NCBI RefSeq assembly: GCF_009914755.1
Contig: NC_060925.1
Reading direction: 5' to 3' (one strand)
DNA: 64,000 bases
DNA from: the human T2T-CHM13v2.0 reference genome, Homo sapiens
The notes beneath the pieces are model-generated. The model was not told the origin of the DNA. It saw only the letters and a list, made by a program, of their open reading frames with translations, and searched no databases. Positions 54,949 to 64,000 of this stretch are shown one piece after another (within the stretch, counting starts at the first letter, position 1; every line of letters starts with the position of its first letter). The position numbers and the translations under genes are program-made.

Positions 54949-57900
54949 TAAATTTTTATCTTCAGTTATTCTGTGCCATCAAGAGCCTCAGTTTTTAAGA
55001 CTTTTTCCCAGATCAGGAGACTCTTCTTGTAGGTGGGAGAGTCAAGTCCAAAGTTTTTTTCCCTTAAGAAGCTGTTTGTCTATCTATTCACCCATCTATC
55101 TGTTCAACCACCCATCCATCCATTCGCTTATCTATCTTTCCAGTGCTCTCTGGCTCTACTCTGGGCCAGGCCCTGTGATCATGCTGAGAATCTTGGAGAT
55201 GAATTAAATATACCCTCTGATCTCCAGCGGCTCACAGTGGGATAGACAAAGATGATGCAACTAGACAACAAAAAATATAAACACATAAGTGCCATCTTGA
55301 GAAAAGTCAAAAGCCATGGAAACATAGAGGATGTCCCATCCCAGCCAAGGGGGTCAGAGGAGGCTTCCTAGCAGAGGAGACATTTGAGCTGACTTTGAAG
55401 TACAAGAAGGCATCAGCTAGACAGGGAAAGCATGAAAGAGTTGTGCAGAGAGTACAGCATATGCAAAGGCCCAGAAAGGGTCAGAGAGCATGTTACAGTG
55501 GTTGCAAACTATGTGTGGTGGAGATGGTTGAGGGGTGAGAGAGAGGTCACAGCTAGAGCCTAGTCCAGATTTCTTGCCCCGTGAATCTGCTCCAGGTTCT
55601 TCTGGAAGTGGGCTGGGAGGAGGTGCAGATGGAGGCCCTGCAGAGCCAGTGCGGCTTGTATTTAGCAACTGGTGCTAGGTTCGAGTGAGTACTCACTAGG
55701 CCTGGGGGTTCCTTGGGCAAGAGGAGTTACGTGACTCAGTCTCAGGCCATCTCCTCAAGCAGATGTGTATGAGCAGATGAGGCACAAACTGCAGAGTCAG
55801 GCAGATGGGGTCAATTCTTGGCTCTGTGTAGACAGGTAACTTTGGACAAATCACTTTTTGAGCCTCAGTTTCCCATGGCTCAGTTGGGAATGTATCATTT
55901 ACCCTAGAAGCCTGGTGATAACATTACTTTTCTCCCTTCCCTTTTCCTTACTAGATGATTCCGAATGGTCACTCTAGGTGAGGCCCAGGGAGATCCCCTT
56001 GGTACCCAAACTTGCTTTCCCCAGTTCATTTTGGTCAGAGTGTCCAAAATATGGTTCTGAATGCATCACCCACTGCTTGCGGGAAAAAGCACTCATTCCT
56101 TAGTAAGGCATTCAAGAAATCTGAAACTTTATAATATAATCTCTACCTCCTATTCATCCATCCACCCATCTGGCTGGCTGTCCTTTCATCTCTGTGTTCA
56201 CCCCCTTATTCACTCAACAAACACTCATTTCTTGTCTCATCCCTCCTCCTCCTTTTCTTTCTTCTTATGCTCAGTCTCTCCAAATGGCCAGCTTCCTTGA
56301 CCTCATGTTTGTGTGAACAGGCTGTTCCTTCTGTTCACTGGATGCAGTGGGATCCTTCCTTCCTTTTCCTATCACTCACCTACTTTTTCTTCCAGGCCAA
56401 ACTCAAAGGTCCCTTCCTCCATGAAGCCTCCTGCCTTATCAGCTATCCTCCTTCTGGTCTTCCACTCCGAATGGCTTATCTTTTTATGGGACATGTATTC
56501 CATAGCATTGTTTTTGTGTCTGTCTGTTATCCACTGACCTCCACCCTACTCCAGCAGGGTGGCCTCTTTGTACAGTTGTTTGGGTTGTACACTGCACAGG
56601 AACACCCAGCTGAGGAATGTGCCCTAATGTGAGGGCTGTACCTCTCGAGGGAAGAGTGCTTTTTTTCTAATTCATACAAAGGTACCTGTTCTGCAAGTGA
56701 TGAGCTCAAGTGGCTGAGCTCACCCATAGGGGGCACCTTTTTCTGTTTCCTACACAGGGGCTCTCTGAGCCAGTGGTGGCCTTCCCCTGATTCTAAGTTT
56801 CTGTAGGCCAGGACCACGTTGGCTTCATCCCTGTTCCCACCGCTCCTAGCATAGCAGTGCCAGGCCCCAGAGACCTCCATAAATGTTCTTGGAGTTGAAA
56901 GGAGAAGGCTATCAGTAGTGAATCTCTGTTCACTGGGCCTTGGAAGGGCAGGACTCATGCCTATCTTGTAGGGAGACGAGGCTTCCGAGTTGATGCAGTG
57001 GTGATGGCAGGTTTGTGTGGAAATTCCCCAGTAAGTGGTGTTCTGGGCCTGTCTCCCAGGGACCTCGAGAGCTTGCTGGAAGACCTGCAGACCAGGGCTC
57101 CTCTAAATATTGTTTTAAACTGATTGATGCCATGCCAGGCAGGGAAGGGACAGGCATTTTTCATACATGAAAAACAATACATTCTAGGGCCAAGATGAAA
57201 TTATTTTACATTTATACGATAACAGGCAGGGAGACAAAGACGATGTTTGAGGACGTTTAAACCCTCAAAATCATTAGTCACTGTCCCAGCAGGCTACACA
57301 AATAAATGATCAATGCACAGAAAAACAAGGCCCTCTGAGGTGTTTGCCCAAGACCACTTATGTGTCAAACAGACTTATTAGATGTGAAGGGAATGATTAT
57401 TTGCACAAAGTGAAATGAACATGTGCAATAATACTGTAAAATGTTTATTAGTCTAGAGTGTGCTGAATGTTCCTAAAATATATCAGGTTCTCAGCTTGCA
57501 TTTAATGTACTGTTATAAATGATATCACATCCTTCCAAGCCGATTTTCCGCTTAACGCTAAGCTTCTTTGCTGGGGAAATCGTGTTTTCAGATCCCAAGT
57601 ATGAAAACATTGTGGGGTTAAACTCTCCCTTCTACTCCCTAACCCCCACCCCAATCAGTTACCTCCCTATAAAACTTGTCCTGAGTCTGGCTGGGAGGGA
57701 TAGGGCAGTTGGTCAGGCCAGATGGTGGTTGGAAAAGGAAAAGGGGGTCAATGAGTTATTGTGGTGGGGATATTAGGCTGGAAGTCCAGTGATTCAGATT
57801 TCAGGATCTACTCACTAATCTCCTGCTGTGTGACCTTGGGGTAGTCCCTTCCTCTCTCCGAGCCTTAATAATCTCAGTCAGAAAATGGGAATAATGTCTA

Positions 57901-58230
57901 AAGAGACTCCCAGAGCTGAACGCTTACATATTCTAAATCCCAGCTTGCTAAGTCATGAGTCTGAAAGATAAAAAGAGATTCTGGAAGTGAACAAATAAAG
58001 TGCTACAGAAACATTCTTATTTTTTTCTATGATTCTGGCCAATTCTTACTTAACCTTTGAGGCCCTGACCAACTGTCCCCTCCTCTGGGAAGCCTTCTCT
58101 GACCCGCTAACCAGCTGGTCAGTCTGTCATCTTTGCTCTAACAGTGCAAAATCCTTGTGTCCCTTATTGCCCCGCCAGCTCATGGTATCACCACATCTCT
58201 CTGTGTGAACAGGCTCTTCCTTCTGTTCAG

Positions 58231-59068
58231 TGGGGAAAGCTCTACAGGAAGGAGAAAGTGGCTTCATTCTCTGTGCTGCTTAGACCAGCAGGACTCTCCT
58301 CCCTCAGTGAGTCGTCTGCCTCCATGAATGCAGCCGCTGAGCTGGCCAGCTTCCTGGCATGCATGTCCAGCTGTCAGCTTGCTCTGAACTGAGGTCCCCA
58401 AAAGATCCCCAGACCTGGGTCAGGCACAGAGCTGGTACTCAGGAAATGATTCGTGGATGCTGGATGGGGAGGAGCCGAGCTAGTGTGACCCTTGGAGCTT
58501 ATCCCCCACCCACCCCGCATGTTAAAGATGGGAGTTTTATCCCAGAGTAGGGAAGGGATTGGCTAGGGGGCTACTCAGGCCTCTTGGAGAAGGGTCAGAG
58601 AGAGTGTTTCCTATAACATGTCAACTCTCCACCCAAGAAGGAGGGGTAGAGGAGCCCAGCCAGATCCCATGTCCTTGGCCCAGAACGGGGGTGGGAGGTA
58701 TTGGTAGTGGGCAGTTCTTGGCATCAGCTGAGAGCACAGGGCTGGCTTTGGAGGTTGTGGAGGTGGTTGGGGATATGGGGGGTTTCCAGTTTCCTGGCTG
58801 AGTCACGTCCCTCTCCTTTCCCCTGCCCCCAAAGGTTTGCTCAAAGGCCCCCTGGAGGGTGATCTTCTGTGAGCTCAACTGATGGTCTGGGGATCTTTTG
58901 GGGATCTCAGTTCAGAGCAAGCCGACAGCTGGATGCGCATGCCAGGAAGCTGGCCAGCTCAGTGGCTGCATTCATGGAGGAAGACGACTCTTTGAGGGAG
59001 GAGAGTCCTGCTGGTCTAAGCAGAGTGGAGAATGAAGCCCCTTTCTCCTTCCTTCACAGCTTTCCCCA
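58231..59068. repeat. 185-bp inverted repeat (arms 58231-58415 and 58884-59068; 468-bp spacer)
   Basis: Manual alignment of the left arm to the reverse complement of the right arm: 168/185 identical, no gaps. Confidence 0.97.
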
Positions 59069-60647
59069 GAAATGACTGAAAGCAATCTACATGGAAATAT
59101 ATACTAAAACGTGGGAAAATAAAGTTAGAAGTAAGCATTCAAGGCAAAGATTAAAAAGTTTAGGAGGGTAGGGTGGATTCTGGAGTGAGGCTTCTAAGCA
59201 GGGATCCTGCCCTAAGGTAGGCCCTGCACGCTGTGGAGGCAGGTCATGTGTGTCACTCCAGGCTTCCAGTGGAGGGGACCCAAGCAGGTATGTGATTTAT
59301 TGTGCCCACAAGATAAACACAGGACCTTTGCTTGGAAGAAGTGCCCTTGGTTGGAGGCCAGAGAAAAAAGTCTCCTGTGATTTCTCAGAAAGGGGCACAC
59401 AGTGTCCCCAACAGCTGCCTGTCAGCAGCAACATAAGCTGGCTGCTTCTTCCTCTGCCTCCCCTTTCTTCTCTTTATTCTCTTGCTCCACCTTCTCTACT
59501 TTCCCTCCTCCTCCTCCTCCTCCTCCTCCTCTTCCTCATCCTTTTTCTTCTTTTCATAGAGTTTAGTAAAGTAGTCCTTGGAACACGGAAAGAAGTGTTC
59601 CTGTTCAAGTTGAACCCCGGGTAACTATTAGGGTGCTTTGCGTAGGGAGATAACCAGGCCCCAGCATGAACTTCAGGCGGCCTGGGCAAGTGTTTTTCCC
59701 CACCATAGCAGTGGGCAGTGGTGGGTTCAAGGTTATCCCCACTGAAGTGCAGTGCCGTATTGAGCATCTCGTAATGAGTGCCTTCTACATGCCAGACATT
59801 TATTGGGTACATCCTATGTTAACTCAGTTGGTCCTCACAACCTCCATTCAGGGTGGTTCTTCTTATTCTCAAGGTCACAGGCAGAATGTGGAAGAGCTGG
59901 TTTTGGCACCAGGTTCTTGCACTCCCAGGCTAGCCCCTGGCAGCCCCACTCCTGTCTCACTGTATGATCCTGAGCATTTCTATGGTCCTGACTCTTGATT
60001 TTCTCATGTGTACAGTGAAGGCCATGTGTTCCTGAGAGTCCCTTTACGTGGACAGTCTGTGGTTGCCTGAGTAGCTGAGTCCGCCTTTGCAGTGGGCTCA
60101 GGTAGGCATTTGGGATGCACAGGGACTACCTCTTGTTTTACCCTAAATAACTCCTCACCTTTGCCCCTTGGGCAGAGGCTCCTCCTGCTGGTTACCCTTA
60201 GAACCTGTCCCTGGATTGGGCCTCTCCCCCAAACTCCCTTCCCAGAGAGACTGAGGCTCACATGGAACCTGCATTCCTCAAGCAGGGATGGAGCCTCAAG
60301 ATTTAGCACCTGAATCAACTTCTTAGGCTGCTGTGGGTGGGCCAGGCTAGGTGGTAGAGTGGATTAGGGATTGGGACACAATATTCTCTTGCTTTAAACC
60401 CCACTAATTATACTACACTCCAGATTCGTTGCCACGCCCCTACATGACTGGGCTCCTGCTTCCCCTCTGACCTTATTTCCTCCTACTCCTCCAGGGTACT
60501 CAGCATCCCCTCACATCAAGACAGCCTTTATAGCTTCCGTATTAGTGAAGGCGACCCAAGCTGCTGCAACTGATACCACTCCCAGATTTCTGTGGCTTAG
60601 CCCGATAGTTGGTTTCTTGCTCACATTAAGAGTCCAGTGGGCTGCTC

Positions 60648-61750
60648 CAGTGGCAACCATGGGCATATCACAGCCTCATGGTGCTTCTCATTGTGATAAG
60701 CATGTTCTGGGGCTTCCTCAGCTTCTTGGTTCCCTGGTTCATCCCTAAGAGTCTTAGCAGAGTAGTTATCATCACCATATTGGTGACCTGTTCAGTTTGC
60801 TGCTCTTTTTTTTTTTTTTTTTTTTTGAGACAAGATCTCACTCTGTTGCCCAGGCTGCAGTGTAGTGGCACGATCTTGGCTCACTGCAGCCTCAACCTCC
60901 CAGGCCCAGGATCCTTCTCCCTCCTCAGCTTCCTGGGTAGCTGGGATGACAGGTGCATGCCACCATGCCTGGCTAATTTTTGGGTATTTTATGTAGAGAT
61001 GGTGTTTCACCATGTTGTCCAGGCTGGTCTTGAACTCCTGGGCTCAAGCAGTCCTCCCACTTCTGCCTCACAAAGTGCTGAGATTACAGGCATGAGCCAC
61101 TGCACCCAGCTACTGCTATCTCTTTTGGCTAGTTGCAATTCTTTTTCATTTCTGTCCTCTCTTTGGACCACAGTTGAAAAATGAAACCAGCTGGTATCTC
61201 AGGCATCATTGGCCTTGAGGAAGAAGACATGCTCTATAGTGCTAGTCATTGACGTTATGAGAAGAGAATTCCTTCTAGATGCAAAATCTCCTCCAAACTG
61301 AGATCTTCTTTCTTGACTTGCCTGTTTCGGACATCAGCTGCCTTAAACATTCACACCATATCTGAATATCTTATTCTACAATGCAGTATTTCTTCCTTCA
61401 CTTTTTTTACACTTTGACTTACTATGTGCCTACCTAACCTAACTGTGCTGACTCCACAAAGCGTTTATGCACTCTCCTGAGAGAAGATGCTCTTCTGAGA
61501 ATATTTTATTCTCTCCTTGGAATCTGTGGATTTGAAGATGGCTCTTGTCTTCTCCTAACATGGGAATCAGCGAAGCGTTTAAAAACTGCTGCAAGATAAA
61601 CAAGATTCCAGTGGGGCAGTCAGTAGGAGGGCGCATTCAGAGAGAAGCTTTGTCACAACAGAATTACACCAAACTATTTTTTCAAGGTGAACTTCTTACC
61701 TCTTCCATCTCTTGGAATAAAATATTTTTCTGCTTCCAAAATAAAACAAA
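60648..61750 (+). pseudogene. ATP6V0E1P4: Processed pseudogene of V-ATPase V0 subunit e1 (probably ATP6V0E1P4), interrupted by an AluJ
   Basis: ATG 60659 with +1 frameshift; [34 protein letters not shown], resuming after the Alu as [24 protein letters not shown] (61216-61218); 3'UTR, AATAAA 61716-61721, degenerate poly(A); intronless. Locus number is from memory. Confidence 0.93.
60806..61110 (-). mobile_element. AluJ inserted in the pseudogene CDS
   Basis: Dimeric Alu; degenerate TSD tgctgctc / tactgctatctc. Confidence 0.92.
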
Positions 61751-63188
61751 TGCAAGTGTTCCTCCTCCGTGTGGTGATTCAGGGACCCAGAAGCCTTGCA
61801 TTTGGTGGCTCTGCCATCTGCTGGGGTGCTGATCCTCTGTGCTCAGCTGGCTCAGGTGACGGCAGGGAGCAGAGACATGGGAAACAGAGGCATAGGGAGC
61901 AGAGGCATAGGGAGCAGAAGCACAGAAGACCACAAGGGGGGTTTTCTGGCCTGGAATTGAGGGTGGCCCTTCATAGAACCTAGTCATACGGCCACACCTA
62001 ACTGCAAGGAAGGCTGGGGAATACACTGTAGCTGTGCACCCAGGATAAAGTACAAATATGTTTGGTGAACAGCTAGTTTGTTCCTGCTGCAGCCTTAAAA
62101 GCCTTTTCCTTTACCTCCACCAGGCCCGAGGGATGGGCAGCAGAATTAGCACCCCCATGTTGCAGATGCAGATGCAGAAACAAGGCTCAGAGAGGCTGTC
62201 CACCTTGCCTCTCCTCACCACCCACCAAGGTCACATAGTGAGTTGGTGTCAGAGACCATGTGTCCTGGCCTAGAGCCTGTGCTTCTTCAGCTAGAAACAG
62301 CCCGGTCACCCCACTCTGAGCATCCCCCACTGGCCTGGCCCTCCCCTAAGGCCCTTACCAATCTCCACCTTGTGTCAGAATTCACCAGGGACCTGGTGGT
62401 TCCTGGTCCAGGGGTGAGCTTCTGCAGGTTGAATGTACCTGCAGTACATGGAGTACATGTACCTGCAGTAAATATCTAGCTCAGTACATGGACTGGGGCC
62501 TGGTATGGGCACAGCACGGAAGACTGAGCAGGGAGAGGCTTGCTCAAACCTCAGAAGGGCTGAGAGGTGAATGCGAGGAAGATAAGAGTGAGTGGGTGAC
62601 AAATGAACTTGTTGAGCAGTGACTGGGATGTCCACAGCACTCTCTGCTGCTGAAGTCTGCCTCTCCCCACCACCCACCATGCCCTGGCAGCATAAAATCC
62701 CAATTCCACCTCTGCCCTCATGATTGCATCCCTCCTCCTGTCCCATCTCCCACTGTGCTCCAGCCACAAGGGCCTGCTCAAGTGTTCCTGCCTGGGCTGA
62801 GGTCTTCTGTGGCCCCTCCAGGGGCACACTCACCTTCCTCCAACCTGCCCTGTGCCTGAGGCTGACCCGTGTGTCCTATCAGTGGGCTCTGTGGAGTCAG
62901 GCCTCCAGCTGGGTTTGGTCACTGTGAGGTACCCACAGAGAGAGAAGCAGTATGGGTCAGGGTCTTTATTCCCACGGTTCTCTCCTTATAGATGTCTTGG
63001 ACTGGTTCCTCGATCAGAGGCCATCACTCCTCCCAAAGAAGCCGACTCTAAGTTCCAGCAATCACTCCTTCCCCTCTTCCCTTCAGGGTGATAACAGTTT
63101 TGCTGCTACTGGTCCAAGGCTACTGCCCTATTCCTTGTGTTCCTTTCACAATAGCCTCATTGTAAAGAATCTCTCCTTGAATTCTCCT

Positions 63189-63513
63189 TCCTTCCTTCCT
63201 TCCTTTCTTTCCTTTCTTCTTTTTCTTTTTTTCTTTTTTTTTGAGACAGAGTCTCACTCTATCACCCAGGATGGAATGCAGTGGCATGATCTCACTGTCA
63301 CCTCTGCCTCCCGGGTTCAAGTGATTCTCACTCCTCAGCCTCCTAAGTAGCTGGGATTACAGGCACACACCACCACACCTGGCTAATATTTTTTGTTGAG
63401 ACGGGGTTTCACCACGTTGACTAGGCTGGTCTTGAACTTTTGATCTCAGGCAATTTGCTTGCCTCGGCCTCCCAAAGTGCTGGGATTACAAGCGTGAGCC
63501 ACCGCGCCTGGCC
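63189..63513 (-). mobile_element. AluS with CT-rich tail
   Basis: TSD tgaattctcct at 63178-63188 and 63514-63524. Confidence 0.93.
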
Positions 63514-63579
63514 TGAATTCTCCTATCTGGAGTGTGCTCCTGTTTCCTGTTGGGATGCCGACCTGCACGCCTCATCTCA

Positions 63580-64000
63580 GGGCCTCCATACTTGCTGTTC
63601 CCAGTGCCTGGTGTGCTCTTCCCTCAGGTCTTTACATGGGCAACTACTTTTCAGCTTTAAGGTCTCAGCCTGACTAATGTTTTCTCAGAAAGACTTTCCC
63701 AGAGAGAGGGGTCACCTCTAGCCAAAGGTGTCCCCCTCACCCTGGTTGTTCTCAATCCCATAGCCCTAGATTAGTTTCTTCCTTGTATCTGTCAGTGTTT
63801 GCAATGTTTGTCTGGCTTTCTCCTCTGGAATGCAAGCTCCGTAAGAGCCGGGGTTTTTATCTGTCTTGTTTACTTCTGTATCCCCCAAGCCTAGGACACT
63901 GTCTAGCACACAGTAGGCACTTACTATAAATGTTTATTGAATTTGTAAATGAGACAGATTCAATATGCAAACCAGGGAGTAGCATAAATGAATGAATGAA
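63580..64000 (+). mobile_element. L2 3' end
   Basis: gctgttcccagtgcctgg...gaatgcaagctcc...tagcacacagtaggcac...aaatgtttattgaat. Confidence 0.75.

Larger units (their letters stand above)
60540..62085. mobile_element. Old MLT1 (K/L-like) LTR split by the ATP6V0E1 retrocopy (pieces ~60540-60645 and ~61751-62085)
   Basis: ctgtggcttagcccgatagttggtttcttgctcac on the left continues as gtgattcagggacccag...gtggctctgccatc and cacacctaactgcaagggaaggctggg on the right. Confidence 0.6.

Noticed and set aside
58144-59075. ORFs 58144-58392 and 58869-59075 as a gene pair
   Set aside because: Short frames running through the inverted-repeat arms with no coding features
61864-62490. Short tandem units (agggagcagaggcat ~4x at 61864-61920; atgtacctgcagta 2x at 62433 and 62457), also the 22-bp duplication near 17765-17810
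   Set aside because: Ordinary slippage duplications with no further structure

Overview
Human-type (primate) intergenic DNA with no supportable protein-coding gene. It contains two processed pseudogenes about 52 kb apart: RPL21 (minus strand, ~8.3-8.8 kb) and ATP6V0E1 (plus strand, ~60.6-61.75 kb). From memory, not a database search, that pairing fits RPL21P24 and ATP6V0E1P4 in the gene desert distal to FOXD2 on 1p33. Most of the rest is repeats (Alu, L1, L2, MIR, MaLR/THE1 LTRs, DNA-transposon fossils), plus two orphan CpG islands (~18.3-19.2 kb, ~43.7-44.3 kb) and several repeat-free blocks dense in developmental TF motifs. The most notable observations: (1) an Alu at 29.6 kb has captured, inside its target-site duplication (TSD), an inverted ~70-bp copy of the flank of another Alu 23 kb away; (2) a 185-bp, 91%-identical, ungapped inverted repeat at 58.2-59.1 kb; (3) two candidate enhancers 23 kb apart share the same ordered 11-, 7- and 15-bp motifs; (4) an L1PA insertion carries a 3' transduction. 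I found no new protein-coding system. The best candidate for a system is a distributed cis-regulatory landscape, probably for FOXD2 (inference). Repeat subfamily names come from recalled consensus sequences, and repeat boundaries are approximate.
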